Below, in pieces: positions 40,512 to 51,254 of a stretch of 64,000 bases of DNA. A model generated the notes under the pieces. It worked only from the letters and a program-made list of their open reading frames with translations. It had not been told where the DNA came from and made no database searches. Positions within the stretch are counted from its first letter, which is position 1; each line of letters opens with the position of its first letter. Origin of the DNA: Acidobacteriota bacterium (GTDB taxonomy: Bacteria; Acidobacteriota; UBA6911; RPQK01; JAJDTT01); assembly GCA_965217775.1 (NCBI GenBank), contig CBDCJH010000001.1:64001-128000 (forward strand), read 5' to 3'. The translations under genes and the position numbers were made by a program.

Positions 40512-42827
40512 TCAGAAATCCAGCAGATAGGTGAACTTGGCCAGGATCGTCCGGTCCAGGGTCCGCTGTGTCCGATATGCACCGGGCACCATCGGTCCTT
40601 CGTGAGGGTCGAGACCCGTGGGATCGAAATGGCTGTTGTAGACGATGAAGAATCCGGTGCTGCCGGTGCGAAGCAGGGCGAATCGGATGTTGGTGCCGAT
40701 CTCCCGTTCGGTGCTGTTGTACTGGATCAGAGACTGGATGTAGCTCTTGGGCGTGAAGGAATAATTCACCTGGACCATGGCCAGATTCGTGCGAAAAGGC
40801 CCCTCCGGGAGGTCCACCGAATTGTGCACGTAGCGGGCGGCCAGCAGAAACTCGGCTCCCACGCGGAATCCGGCCCGAAGGCTGAGGGTGTCGATATGAC
40901 CCGAGTAGAATTCTCCCCACGAATAGTTGGCGCCGCCGAAAAGATTGGCGCTTTCGTCCGATTCGACAGTCAACAGCCAGTTGTTGAAACGGTAGATTCC
41001 CTTCGGCAGAACGATGTCGTCGAAGATCTCGAAGGGTTCGAAGAGCTGTTCGAAGTTCTGGTTGAACGCGAACCCCACCGACCCGCCGTTCTGGAAGAAG
41101 ACACGCATGTCGTTGTGACGCCAACCCGACTCCTGAGATCCGTCGAAGCGATAGTGTCCGCGCCAGGAATGATGCGGCCAGAAACGGCGGAAAAAAGGAT
41201 GATTCTTGGGACGGGGATTGAAGAAGATTCCGTAGGAGGGCCTCCGGTAGCCTGACCTGGGCACGAATCCCACCTCCGGATTGAAATCCTCTCCCACCTC
41301 CAGATAACCCAGGTCCCAGTTGAAGAAATCGGTGTTGTAGCTCACCGACGAGCTGGCGGCATGATCGCGCCCGTCAAGACCCGGCGTCTCGGTGCGGGCG
41401 GCGTAGTTGAAGAAGGTCCAGCGTTCCCCCAGTCCGATGTTGGCGTCCACGCCGTAGGTCCGGTTGAACTCGTTCGGCCCCGCCGCAGAGCCGGTGGCCA
41501 CCTTGTTGATGAAGATGGCCCCGAATCCGCTGCGGGAACCCACCTCCCGGGCCACGCGCAGAACGGTGAAGTTGTGCGCCGGAGTCACGTCCTCCACTTC
41601 ATTGGTCTGCATGTTGAGGACACCCAGGTTGAAACGATTCAACTTCCCGGTGAGGCGGGCGCCTCCCAGAATGGGAACCTCGACTCCGCTGGGGTCGATG
41701 CCGATGCGGCGGCTGAAGAAGAGTTCCGCCTGACGGGGACTGCCGACCTGGAAGTAACCGGCATTTTCCAGGAAGAAGGGTCTCTTCTCGGGGAAGAACA
41801 GATCGAAGCGGGTCAGATTGACCTGCTCTTCGTCCACCTCCACCTGGGAGAAGTCGGTGTTCAGGGTCGCGTCCAAGGTCAAGGTCGGCGTGAGTGTGGT
41901 CTTCATGTCCACGCCCGCGTCCAGAATCCCGTCCTTCAATGGAGCGGATCCCCGGTAATCGTGGAGGAATCCGCCCTTGACGTAGGGAATGACCTGGCGG
42001 CTCGGCCGAAACTCCAGGTCCAGGCCGGTCAGTTCCCCGGCCAGGGAGACGCGGTGGATCTCGAACCCGCGGGTGACCGGGGCCCAGTAAGACTGTTCGT
42101 TTTTTCGCCGGAGGTTGCGTTTGAAGTTGATTCCCCAGGTGCGATCGGTTCCGGGTTCGTAACGCAGGCTCCGGAGGGGAATCGCGAACTCGGCTTCCCA
42201 GCCTCGCTGTGTGATCCTGGCCTGGACCGTCCAGACCGCATCCCAATTCAGGTTGAAAGCGGACGCCCCGCCCCTTTGGGCCCCTCCGAAGCCGCTGCCG
42301 CCTACGGACCCCGCTCGGGCAGGTCCACCTCCGGCGCGGCTCCGGCCGCCGTGGATGATCTGGGCGTCGAACTCGATGCCGCCGGGAGTCGTGGCAAAGA
42401 TGTATCCGCTCTGGTCATCGTCGTACGTATCCAGGAGAACCTCGAATGAATCGGTCTCGTCCAGGACGCCGTCCCGCCGGGCCTGGGTGGAGACGACGGC
42501 TTCCGGCCGGGAATCGAAGCAGATGACACCGACGAAGAGGGTGTCGCGGTTGTATCCGATCCGTACTTCCACCCGTTCGGTCGCCGGGGCCCCCGTTTCG
42601 GGGAGCTGTTGGATGAAACCGGTGGCGGGCGCCATGGACATCCAGGAGGAATCCACCACGCCGTCCAGCACCGGCGGCTCCGACACGGGAAACGCCCTCA
42701 TACTCGGCTTGCCGGGGGCCGCGCCCAGAAACTGTGCCCCCCCCTGCAGAAGCGCCAGAAGAAGGAGCAGGGAGGGAATGGCCCACGCCACGAAAAAACG
42801 CTTTGTACGGTTCACGTTAGCCCGCAT
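40512..42827 (-). CDS. CBM9-like/DUF5916 outer-membrane protein
   Basis: PVLDG, WDAVW, GWEAEFAIP, NTDFSQVEVD, FPEKRPFFLE, C-terminal YLLDF. Confidence 0.88.
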   Translation of the reverse strand: MRANVNRTKRFFVAWAIPSLLLLLALLQGGAQFLGAAPGKPSMRAFPVSEPPVLDGVVDSSWMSMAPATGFIQQLPETGAPATERVEVRIGYNRDTLFVGVICFDSRPEAVVSTQARRDGVLDETDSFEVLLDTYDDDQSGYIFATTPGGIEFDAQIIHGGRSRAGGGPARAGSVGGSGFGGAQRGGASAFNLNWDAVWTVQARITQRGWEAEFAIPLRSLRYEPGTDRTWGINFKRNLRRKNEQSYWAPVTRGFEIHRVSLAGELTGLDLEFRPSRQVIPYVKGGFLHDYRGSAPLKDGILDAGVDMKTTLTPTLTLDATLNTDFSQVEVDEEQVNLTRFDLFFPEKRPFFLENAGYFQVGSPRQAELFFSRRIGIDPSGVEVPILGGARLTGKLNRFNLGVLNMQTNEVEDVTPAHNFTVLRVAREVGSRSGFGAIFINKVATGSAAGPNEFNRTYGVDANIGLGERWTFFNYAARTETPGLDGRDHAASSSVSYNTDFFNWDLGYLEVGEDFNPEVGFVPRSGYRRPSYGIFFNPRPKNHPFFRRFWPHHSWRGHYRFDGSQESGWRHNDMRVFFQNGGSVGFAFNQNFEQLFEPFEIFDDIVLPKGIYRFNNWLLTVESDESANLFGGANYSWGEFYSGHIDTLSLRAGFRVGAEFLLAARYVHNSVDLPEGPFRTNLAMVQVNYSFTPKSYIQSLIQYNSTEREIGTNIRFALLRTGSTGFFIVYNSHFDPTGLDPHEGPMVPGAYRTQRTLDRTILAKFTYLLDF

Positions 42828-42892
42828 TACCCATCGGGGGATTTCCGAAACTTCTACGGATCGATCGTTTCAAGAGGTCGGCTGGATTCCGG

Positions 42893-43447
42893 CTATCCCC
42901 TCCGGACGTCACCGGGCCAGCGTCCGATTCCACCGGCCAAATTGTAGAGATTGACGTATCCCTGGACACCCAGTTGGGCGCAGGCCTGGGCCGAGCGGCC
43001 TCCGGCGGCGCAATGCATGATGATGCGGTCGGCGTCTCGCGGGATCTCGGAAGTACGGCCGCCAACTTCTCCGAGGGGGATGAGCTTGGCGCCGGGGATC
43101 CGGACCGCGGCGTGCTCATGGGGCTCCCGGACGTCGATGATCAAGGTATCCGGATGCCGGCGAAGCATTTCCATGGCTTCTTCACCGTCGATTTCGTCGA
43201 AAAGGCCGCCGGAAAGGACGGCCTCCGTCACGTGTTTCCCCTGGGCCACCCTCCGGAGCAGTTGCCCCTGATTCTCGAGCTGCTCCTGCTGTTGGGAGCC
43301 CGCCCTGGAAACGTCCTCTTCCAGGGTCTCGAGCTTCCGCTCCAGCGTTCGGATCCGGCCCTTCGCCGCGGAAGCCGACCGGAGGGCCAGCAGGCCCGCC
43401 GCCAGAGCCAGAAACGAAACCACGGCCACGATCGTTTGAGTCTCCAT
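42893..43447 (-). CDS. Membrane-anchored coiled-coil rhodanese-domain protein
   Basis: N-terminal TM, IDVREPHE, IPGA, HCAAGGRS, NLAGGI. Confidence 0.88.
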   Translation of the reverse strand: METQTIVAVVSFLALAAGLLALRSASAAKGRIRTLERKLETLEEDVSRAGSQQQEQLENQGQLLRRVAQGKHVTEAVLSGGLFDEIDGEEAMEMLRRHPDTLIIDVREPHEHAAVRIPGAKLIPLGEVGGRTSEIPRDADRIIMHCAAGGRSAQACAQLGVQGYVNLYNLAGGIGRWPGDVRRG

Positions 43448-43457
43448 GTTCAACACC

Positions 43458-44348
43458 TCATTCCCTGGCAAGAATCTGATCGAAAAAAATGCGACTGTTG
43501 GGGAGCCCCTTCGCCCGGAGGACTTTGGTCACCATCTTCACCATTATGGGCGGACCGGCCAAATAGGCCTCCGCCTCGGACGGGGCCTCCACATGCTTGT
43601 CGACCGAGAGTTGAATATAACCGGTCTCACCTTGCCAGTCGTCCCCTTCGCGGGGAGCGGAGAGTGCCGGCGTGTAGGTGAAGTTCTCTTTCTCGGCGGC
43701 CCACCGAGAGAACAGGTCGTGCAGCAGCAGGTCCCTCCGACTCCGGACACCAAAGAAAAAGTGGATCGTCCGGGTCCGGTCCATTCCCTGTTCGAACCAG
43801 TATTCCAACAAACCGACGAAAGGGGCGGCCCCGCTGCCGCCGGCCACCACCAGGATGGGATGGTCGCTGTCCTGACCCAGGTAGAGCGTGCCGGTGGGAT
43901 CGCTGAGGTGGAGAACGTCTTGGGGCCGGAGACGGGTGTGGACGTAGGTCGAAGCGACGCCTGGCGGCACGTCCTTGCCGGGCGGCGCCCGGAAGTGCTT
44001 GATGATGAAGTCGAATTCCGGAAGCCGGCCGGGCGGGGAGGCGAAGGAGTAGGGTCGAAAGACCGAACCATGCGTCGTCCGGTATCGAGCGTTCCACTCC
44101 TGGACGAATTCTTCCGGGACCTTGAGAAAGACGAATTGTCCCGGCTTGAACACGAACCCGCCTGGATTCAGCAGGACCAGGCGCACCCGCTTCACGTCGT
44201 GGGTCAGGTCCGTGATCTCGACGACTCTGGCTTGGTGCGGAAAATCGAGGGCCAGAATCTGGGAGCCCAGTCCCAGGCACAGCAGCCAACTCAGACGCAT
44301 CATCCAGCTCATCGGACTCTTGCAGCCCCCTCCCGGTTCAGAGTTCAT
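43458..44348 (-). CDS. FNR-like FAD/NAD(P)H oxidoreductase (NqrF C-terminal-like) with signal-like N-terminus
   Basis: [32 protein letters not shown]. No 2Fe-2S domain. Start may be about 35-45 nt downstream. Confidence 0.85.
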   Translation of the reverse strand: MNSEPGGGCKSPMSWMMRLSWLLCLGLGSQILALDFPHQARVVEITDLTHDVKRVRLVLLNPGGFVFKPGQFVFLKVPEEFVQEWNARYRTTHGSVFRPYSFASPPGRLPEFDFIIKHFRAPPGKDVPPGVASTYVHTRLRPQDVLHLSDPTGTLYLGQDSDHPILVVAGGSGAAPFVGLLEYWFEQGMDRTRTIHFFFGVRSRRDLLLHDLFSRWAAEKENFTYTPALSAPREGDDWQGETGYIQLSVDKHVEAPSEAEAYLAGPPIMVKMVTKVLRAKGLPNSRIFFDQILARE

Positions 44349-45655
44349 TGAGCCAGTCTTCTCCTGAGAAAATCAAGGGCACGCGTAATGAGCCGCTCGC
44401 GTCCCGATCTGCCGGGCCGGAAGCCGACCGACTCGGCTCGGAATCCTTGGGCCCGGGACCCGGCGCAGAGGGTGACCCGGTTGGCGTCAACATCCTTCGG
44501 TCCGGAAACCAGAAGCACCCATCGATCCTCCTGGGCGCCGGCCACGATTCGAGCCAGTGCGAGAACCAACTCATCTCCCTCGCGAGCCTGTCCCAAAGTC
44601 TCCGACCCTTCAGACGCCAGCAGCGCCTTCAGTCCCGCGTCGCTGGCGGCCACATAGCTGCCGAACAGAACCGACGCCGCGGAGGGAGTCCCGGTCAATC
44701 GAGACGAGAGGCCACCTCCCGTCGCCACCTCGGCCACGGCCAGCGTCGTCTTGCGATCGGCCAGAAGCCGCAGGATGGTTTCTTCGAGCGTCGACCCGTC
44801 AACGGAATAGACATGTCTCCCGAGACGCTGCAGCATCTGCTCCCGCAACGTCAGCAGGCGTCCTCGAATCCCCGGCAAGCTGGAGCGGCCGTAGAAGGTG
44901 AGGTCGACCCGTCCCGCTTCGAACGTGGACGCGATCCTCACCTCGGACGGCAGGCTGATGTGCTCGTCGATAACGCGCTGGATACTCGACTCGCCGATCC
45001 CGACGAAACGCAGGGTCACCGATTCGACCGACGACTGGATTCCGAAACGGCGGGCCAGAAAGGGAATCAGTTCATCCCGAACCATGGGCCGGAGCTCCCG
45101 GGGCGGGCCGGGCAGCGCCACGATGACGCGTTCACCGTCATCGAAGACCAGCCCGACGGCACTTCCGACACGATTCTTCAGATAGGTGCCACGGGACGGA
45201 ACCTGCGCCTGTCGCCGGAGGCTCGGACGGGATACCCGGTCTCCGTAGCGGCGCCGAAACTCATCCATCACCTGAAGCGATTCCTGCAAAGGGATGCCCG
45301 TGTACTTGGCCAGGGTCTGGCGGGTGATGTCGTCGCCGGTGGGGCCGAGCCCTCCGGTGACGACGACGATCCGGCTTCGCCGCGAGGCGTAGTCGAGGGC
45401 TCGCCCTATTTCCCGCTCGTCGTCCGTGACGGTGACCGACCCGACGCAGCGTCCTCCGAGGGGCCGGAGCGTCCGCGCCAGAAACTGAGTGTGCGCATCG
45501 GCGTACGCGCCTTCCAGCAACTCTCTTCCGGTGACGATGACGACGAACTCGGTCTCCGAATCGGAAGCCGGCGGAACCTGTGCGCAGATTTCGGCCAGCA
45601 GAAGAATGACTACAAACCCGAGCGTAACCAGCCACCGGCTTTCAGGAAAATGCAT
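44345..45655 (-). CDS. CinA-like protein (COG1058 domain plus degenerate PncC domain) with signal-like N-terminus
   Basis: [39 protein letters not shown] replaces AESCTGG. Confidence 0.85.
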   Translation of the reverse strand: MHFPESRWLVTLGFVVILLLAEICAQVPPASDSETEFVVIVTGRELLEGAYADAHTQFLARTLRPLGGRCVGSVTVTDDEREIGRALDYASRRSRIVVVTGGLGPTGDDITRQTLAKYTGIPLQESLQVMDEFRRRYGDRVSRPSLRRQAQVPSRGTYLKNRVGSAVGLVFDDGERVIVALPGPPRELRPMVRDELIPFLARRFGIQSSVESVTLRFVGIGESSIQRVIDEHISLPSEVRIASTFEAGRVDLTFYGRSSLPGIRGRLLTLREQMLQRLGRHVYSVDGSTLEETILRLLADRKTTLAVAEVATGGGLSSRLTGTPSAASVLFGSYVAASDAGLKALLASEGSETLGQAREGDELVLALARIVAGAQEDRWVLLVSGPKDVDANRVTLCAGSRAQGFRAESVGFRPGRSGRERLITRALDFLRRRLAQ

Positions 45656-45811
45656 GCCTCGCTCCCGATCGACTCCCGATCGACTCCCCCTTCAGTCTAC
45701 TACGATGACACCTCCCAAGCCGATGGGATCGCTTGCCGTATCCGGCCCGGACTGGTATCTTTCCTGCCGAGCGGGCGCCCCGCTCACCCAAGAACATCGA
45801 AAGGAGATCTC

Positions 45812-46420
45812 ATGCCATTCGAATTGCCGTCCCTTCCCTACGCCAATGACGCCTTGGAGCCTCATATCGACGCCAGGACCATGGGGATTCATCACGACAA
45901 GCACCACGCCGCCTACGTGGGCAACCTGAACAATGCTCTTTCCTCGCATCCGGAGTTGGCCGGCCTGAGCCTGGATCAATTGTTGGCCGACAACTGCGCC
46001 GCGGTTCCCGAGAGCATTCGGACTGCGGTCAGGAACAACGGCGGCGGCCACGCCAATCACTCCCTGTTCTGGACCCTGATGGGACCCGGAGGCGGAGGCG
46101 AACCGGGCGGCGCCCTGGCCGACGCCATCAACTCCACTTTCGGCAGCCTTGCCCAGTTTCAGCAGGCCGTCGCCGCCGCCGGCGTGGGCCGGTTCGGATC
46201 GGGCTGGGCCTGGCTGGTGAAGAACGCGTCGGGATCGCTGGAGGTCCTCTCCACCGCCAATCAGGACTCGCCCGTCATGGCCGGACAGGTTCCTCTTCTG
46301 GGTGTGGACGTCTGGGAGCACGCCTACTATCTCCGCTATCAGAACCGGAGGCCCGACTACATCAAGGCCTGGTGGAACGTCGTGAACTGGGATGCCGTGG
46401 CGGCGCGCTTCGGTTCCTGA
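45812..46420 (+). CDS. sodA: Mn/Fe superoxide dismutase (Mn-type signature)
   Basis: [34 protein letters not shown]. Confidence 0.96.
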   Translation: MPFELPSLPYANDALEPHIDARTMGIHHDKHHAAYVGNLNNALSSHPELAGLSLDQLLADNCAAVPESIRTAVRNNGGGHANHSLFWTLMGPGGGGEPGGALADAINSTFGSLAQFQQAVAAAGVGRFGSGWAWLVKNASGSLEVLSTANQDSPVMAGQVPLLGVDVWEHAYYLRYQNRRPDYIKAWWNVVNWDAVAARFGS

Positions 46421-46788
46421 GTCTTTGACTGGCTCTTGACTATTCGCGCGATCCGAAGTTTCCCTGTCTGAACACGGCGAGACGTTTGGAACCGCCTTTC
46501 CGCAGGCTGTCCGGGAGTAACCACAGGATCAAGCACAAATAACGGGAAAGAAACAGCCGCTTGTGGGCCCCGAATACGGGTGGGCCCGACAAGATGGCCA
46601 CTTCCACGTCCGCCTTCATCCTGACCAGCCGCAGAACGATTCCAAGATTTCCGCAGCTTTTCCACAGCGGCGTGCACAAGCTGCGGATGTTCCGTCCGGA
46701 GCATGAGACAGCGGGAGACGGGCCGGGAGGAACCGGCACCCGTTCCCAATCGCCGAGGACGCAGACTCAGGGGACGATCAGCCATAGT

Positions 46789-47907
46789 TCAGACCAGAGG
46801 ACAGTCCTTCAAAGTTTCGAGCAATCTCTCCACGTCGTCAGCGGTGTTGTAGAGATGAGTGGACACCCGAATCCGGCGCGAATCTCCCCAGATCAGGATT
46901 CCTCGATCCTCAAACCAACGCATCACAGCCTTCTCTTGGGGAGCGACGAAGCAGACGTTGCCGGCGCGTTCCTGGGGCCGGGACGGAGTCATGATCTCCA
47001 AGCCGAGTTCGGTGAGTCCACGCAACACCCTTTTGCTCAGATCCAGCACATAGCTTTCGATCTCGGGAACGCCCACGCCGGAGATGTAGTCCAGCGCGTT
47101 GTCCAGGATGTAAACCGAGATATAGGAGGGATTCCCGGCCTCGAAGCGGGCGGCGCCGGGCCGCAACTCGTAACGGGTCGGATGGCGCCAACCGGTGAGA
47201 CTGGCCGGAGAGTGCCAACCCAGGAACGGAGGCTTCAGGCCGGGCAGGCGACTTCGATTCCAGTAGAAGATGGAGACCCCGTGGGTTCCCAGCAGCCACT
47301 TGTAGCAACTGCTCATGAGGATGTCGGCGAGGCCGGCTTCCACCGGGACGACGCCCGCCGCGTGGGTCGCGTCCACGCTGAGAAGCGCCCCGGCGGACCG
47401 GACCCGTTGCGAGAGCTCACTTAGCAACTGCCGCTGCCCGGTCAGAAAGCTCACCAGGCTGACCGCGACCACACGGGTCCTGGAGTCGATATGCGATTCC
47501 AGATCGGACACGGAAACCCGCCAATTGCGATGCCGCACCAGGCGCAGTTCCACTCCCAGACGCTCCAGGCGAGTCCAGGGAAGGACGTCGGAAGGGAATT
47601 CCAGGTCGGCCACCACCACGTTGTCGCCCGACTCCCAATCCAGAGCGTGAGCCAACAGGTTGACCCCTTCCGAGGTGGAGGAGAGAAAAGCGATCTCCTC
47701 CGGCGAGACGTTCAGGAGTCTCCCCGCCTTCTCCTTGCACTCCAGATAGGTCTCTTCGAACCGCTGCCGGCCATTGTCTCCCCCGGCCTTGTCGTGGAAG
47801 AAGCGGCTCACGGCGTCCTGATGACTCTTGAGAATGGGAGTTTCACCCCCGGCGCAGAGATGGATTATGCCGTCGAGACCGATAAAGTCGTCCTTGGAAA
47901 CTAACAT
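46789..47907 (-). CDS. Aminotransferase class V / cysteine desulfurase-like PLP enzyme
   Basis: STSEG, EFPS, VDATH, SCYKWLLG, RVSTHLYN. Confidence 0.88.
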   Translation of the reverse strand: MLVSKDDFIGLDGIIHLCAGGETPILKSHQDAVSRFFHDKAGGDNGRQRFEETYLECKEKAGRLLNVSPEEIAFLSSTSEGVNLLAHALDWESGDNVVVADLEFPSDVLPWTRLERLGVELRLVRHRNWRVSVSDLESHIDSRTRVVAVSLVSFLTGQRQLLSELSQRVRSAGALLSVDATHAAGVVPVEAGLADILMSSCYKWLLGTHGVSIFYWNRSRLPGLKPPFLGWHSPASLTGWRHPTRYELRPGAARFEAGNPSYISVYILDNALDYISGVGVPEIESYVLDLSKRVLRGLTELGLEIMTPSRPQERAGNVCFVAPQEKAVMRWFEDRGILIWGDSRRIRVSTHLYNTADDVERLLETLKDCPLV

Positions 47908-48043
47908 CTCACCCGCTCCTTCCGGCCGGCGCCACGAGCAATCCACGATTATGAAGGGAACCGGAATCGCCGACCATACAGTCAAATTATAATGTTCCGG
48001 GGCCGGGGCTGGGGTCCCTGGCTCGTGGAGGTAAAAGAGATCC

Positions 48044-49246
48044 ATGTTTTTTACCCATTTGGAGTGCGCACGCTGCGAGGCCACCCACGATTGCGAGAAA
48101 CCGGCCCATCTCTGCGGCTGCGGCGGACCGCTTCTGGTTCGCTACGACCTGAATCGCGTCCGGGAGACGGTGCACCCGGCGGAATTCGGAGGACGTGAGC
48201 CGAGCCTCTGGCGGTATCGGGAACTGCTTCCCCTCCGCGAACCCGACGCGCGGGTTTCCCTGGGAGAGCCGATGACACCGCTGTTGAGGTTGCACCGCGT
48301 CGGCGCCCGGGTCGGGGTTTCCAGGCTCTACATGAAGGATGAAGGCCTGTTGCCGACCGGGACCTTCAAGGCCCGGGGCGCCGCCGTCGGCGTCTCTCGA
48401 GCCCGGGAGCTTGGGATCGAAGCCCTGGCCCTGCCCACCAATGGCAACGCCGGGGCCGCGTGGGCAGCCTACAGCGCTGCCGCCGGCATCGAATGCGTCA
48501 TCGTCATGCCCACGGACGCTCCCTTGATCCACCGCAAGGAGTGCGCCGTGACGGACGCCACTTTCTACCTGGTGGACGGCCTGATCAGCGACGCGGGGAA
48601 GCAGGTGGCCGACGGGGTGAAGCGGCACGGTTGGTATGACGCCTCAACCCTGAAGGAGCCCTACCGGATCGAGGGCAAGAAGACCATGGGACTGGAGTTG
48701 GCAGAGCAGTTCCAGTGGCAGCTCCCGGACGTGATCATCTACCCCACCGGGGGCGGCGTCGGGCTCATCGGCATCCACAAAGTCTTCCGGGAACTCCAAG
48801 AGCTGGGATGGCTGGATCGGCCTTTTCCGCGAATGGTGTCGGTCCAATCCAGCGGATGTGCTCCCATCGTCCGCGCCTGGGAGTCGGGCCACCGGGAATC
48901 GGAGTTCTGGACGGACGCCCGGACCGTGGCTTTCGGAATCACGGTCCCGAAGGCGTTGGGAGACTTCCTGGTTCTGGACGCTCTGTACGAGACCAACGGC
49001 TGCGCCGTCGAGACCTCGGACGAGGAGATCCTTCAGGCACAACGGCTGCTGGCCCGAAACGAGGGAACCTTCGTCTGTCCGGAGGGGGCGGCGACTCTGG
49101 CTGCGGCGCGGAAACTGAGTCAATCGGGATGGATCCGGTCCGGCGAGAGGGTGCTTCTGCTCAACACCGGATCCGGACTCAAATATCCGGAGTCCGTATC
49201 CTGCTCCCCTCCCATTCTCGCACCCGGAGACTCACTGCCGGTCTGA
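48044..49246 (+). CDS. thrC: Threonine synthase
   Basis: LGEPMTPL, PTGTFKARG, TNGNAG, EGKKT, PTGGG, CPEG. Confidence 0.88.
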   Translation: MFFTHLECARCEATHDCEKPAHLCGCGGPLLVRYDLNRVRETVHPAEFGGREPSLWRYRELLPLREPDARVSLGEPMTPLLRLHRVGARVGVSRLYMKDEGLLPTGTFKARGAAVGVSRARELGIEALALPTNGNAGAAWAAYSAAAGIECVIVMPTDAPLIHRKECAVTDATFYLVDGLISDAGKQVADGVKRHGWYDASTLKEPYRIEGKKTMGLELAEQFQWQLPDVIIYPTGGGVGLIGIHKVFRELQELGWLDRPFPRMVSVQSSGCAPIVRAWESGHRESEFWTDARTVAFGITVPKALGDFLVLDALYETNGCAVETSDEEILQAQRLLARNEGTFVCPEGAATLAAARKLSQSGWIRSGERVLLLNTGSGLKYPESVSCSPPILAPGDSLPV

Positions 49247-49618
49247 ACCGGTCCCTTCCGGCGGAGAAGACGGGCTTTCACCGCGAAACCGGTCCAGGGC
49301 CTCCTGCTCGGTCTCGTAGATCTCCAGCAGGGGCAGGAGCTGGCTGAGAGAGAGGACGTGCTTGACCCGGTCGCCCGCTCTCAGGAGCTTCACCGAGCAG
49401 TTGAAACGTTTGGCCAGCCTGATTCCGGCAACCAGTTCGCCGATGCCGGAACTGTCGATCCAGGAGACGCCGGAGAGATTCAACAGGATCTTCTGCCACC
49501 CCTCGGCGATCAACTCATCCATGACCTCCCGGAGCATCTGATCCCCAACGCCTGCCACCAGACGGCCTTCCAGATCGACGAGGATGACATCCTCCAGGTT
49601 TCGGACTTCTACGTGCAT
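49232..49618 (-). CDS. STAS domain anti-sigma-factor antagonist
   Basis: LNLSGVSWIDSSGIGEL. Confidence 0.92.
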   Translation of the reverse strand: MHVEVRNLEDVILVDLEGRLVAGVGDQMLREVMDELIAEGWQKILLNLSGVSWIDSSGIGELVAGIRLAKRFNCSVKLLRAGDRVKHVLSLSQLLPLLEIYETEQEALDRFRGESPSSPPEGTGSDRQ

Positions 49619-49664
49619 TGTTTTCCCGCCAGTTTCGAAAGCCGAAGGAACTAAAGGTCGGACC

Positions 49665-49931
49665 TCACTTCCAGCGAACGCTCTTGGGTGGCGTCTCGTT
49701 GCACCGCATGCTCTCCGTACGGCCCGAGGCCAACACGGCGCAGGCGAGCTCTACAGCCGTTCTCTGGGCTTCTTCCCGAGTCGCCCCGGCCGCCGTGCGG
49801 CAAACGGTCTGGCCGCGGAACTCGACACAGACCTCGCAACTGAACTTGCGGAGACTCAGACTGGAATACAGGAGGTAGCCCACAAAAAGAGCTACACCAA
49901 GCAGAACCAGGAGCTTGGCAGGGGCAGACAT
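49665..49931 (-). CDS. Small membrane-anchored Cys-rich hypothetical protein
   Basis: TM followed by CEVCVEFRGQTVCR...AC...C. Confidence 0.7.
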   Translation of the reverse strand: MSAPAKLLVLLGVALFVGYLLYSSLSLRKFSCEVCVEFRGQTVCRTAAGATREEAQRTAVELACAVLASGRTESMRCNETPPKSVRWK

Positions 49932-50112
49932 GGGAGACGAGCCTTCGGCTACGGCTCATTCGGGCGGCCGGTACCAGCCGCCCGGTTTCTGCGTCGCTTG
50001 AAGGAAACGGAACGAGACTCAAGAGCCCGCACGATCCACGCCAGTCCGACTCCAACAAAGTGTCGGACTGACGTGAGAATGCGAGATTGCGAGCCGTGGA
50101 GGGTGAACCCCT

Positions 50113-50439
50113 CTATTCGACCACCTTGATCGAGGAGGCGGTCAGCATCATCTTTCCGCCCTCTTTGGCCACGGTGCCCTTGGCCTTGATGCTCTTGCTG
50201 CCCTGGCAGACGTTGCCATGAAACTTCTTGGCAACGTCGTTGTGGACCATGTAATAGGTGACGGTCTTCCCATCCTTCTTCACCTGGATGGCATTCTGAC
50301 AGGAAGCCGTTTCGCCCAAGCCGCACTTGGCGCAGGTGCCTTCACCCTTGAGGGTCTTGACATGGTGGGCACCCATGACGAGACCCGCGGCTGCCAGCAG
50401 AACGACGACGTAGGCGATTGCGAAGACGGGTTTTCTCAT
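50113..50439 (-). CDS. Small secreted Cys-containing protein (DUF6370-like)
   Basis: Signal peptide, GEGTCAKC, CQNAI, FHGNVC. AAAGGA RBS. Confidence 0.75.
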   Translation of the reverse strand: MRKPVFAIAYVVVLLAAAGLVMGAHHVKTLKGEGTCAKCGLGETASCQNAIQVKKDGKTVTYYMVHNDVAKKFHGNVCQGSKSIKAKGTVAKEGGKMMLTASSIKVVE

Positions 50440-50624
50440 GATTCATCCTTTCTGAACTTTGGCGCCCGGTGGCACCTTGATCTCTGAATTGCGTCTCTCG
50501 ACGGCCGATTCATCAGATCCGGCCACCGCCAACAAAGGTTAATATCAATTGGGAGAAACTTCAACGTATTTATCTATGATCTTATTTCGTTGCAATAAAT
50601 AGACAAATATGACAATTTGTTGCT

Positions 50625-51254
50625 ATGAAATTCGGAGACTTGCTCGCAGTAGCACCTCCCAATGGGGTATTCAGAACGGGCCAGATTCTGGCTGGGCAAA
50701 CCTCGCCTGCCCATGTCAGGCGGCAACTGGACCGCTGGGTCAAGAGCGAACGAGTCATCCGGTTGAGGCGCGGCGTGTACCTGCTGTCGGATCTCTACTC
50801 CAAGACGTCGGCTCATCCCTTCGCGGTGGCGAACGCGCTCAAGAAAGCCTCCTACGTAAGTCTGCAATCCGCGTTGGCCCACTACGGCATGATCCCGGAA
50901 TACGTTCCGGTCACTACCAGCGTCACGACCGGCCGTCCGGAAGAGCTTTCGACGCCCATAGGACGATTCCAATTCCGACATGTCAGGATCCCTCTTCTCT
51001 TCGGGTTTGGGGAAATGGAAATCGCAAGAGACCAGATGGCATTGCTTGCGGGTCCGGAAAAGGCGCTGGTCGACCTACTCTACCTGACTCCACACAGCGA
51101 CCGCGTCGAATACCTGCGGGAACTTCGGCTTGAAAGGCCCCGTGGACTCGACCTGGAAGGACTTCACGCCGTCGTTGAGAGGTGTCGATCCGCCAAGATC
51201 GAACGCGCCGTCGAGCGGCTTCTGGAACTCTGGGAGAATCGAGATCCGAGATGA
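50625..51254 (+). CDS. AbiEi-type antitoxin / transcriptional regulator
   Basis: IRLRRGVY, SYVSLQSALAHYGMIPE, PEKALVDLLY. Confidence 0.85.
   Translation: MKFGDLLAVAPPNGVFRTGQILAGQTSPAHVRRQLDRWVKSERVIRLRRGVYLLSDLYSKTSAHPFAVANALKKASYVSLQSALAHYGMIPEYVPVTTSVTTGRPEELSTPIGRFQFRHVRIPLLFGFGEMEIARDQMALLAGPEKALVDLLYLTPHSDRVEYLRELRLERPRGLDLEGLHAVVERCRSAKIERAVERLLELWENRDPR

Noticed and set aside
44348-45811. Long N-terminal extensions on SodA (and likewise VKOR, DUF1080, TrmI)
   Set aside because: They overlap other real genes, and internal starts give normal-length proteins.
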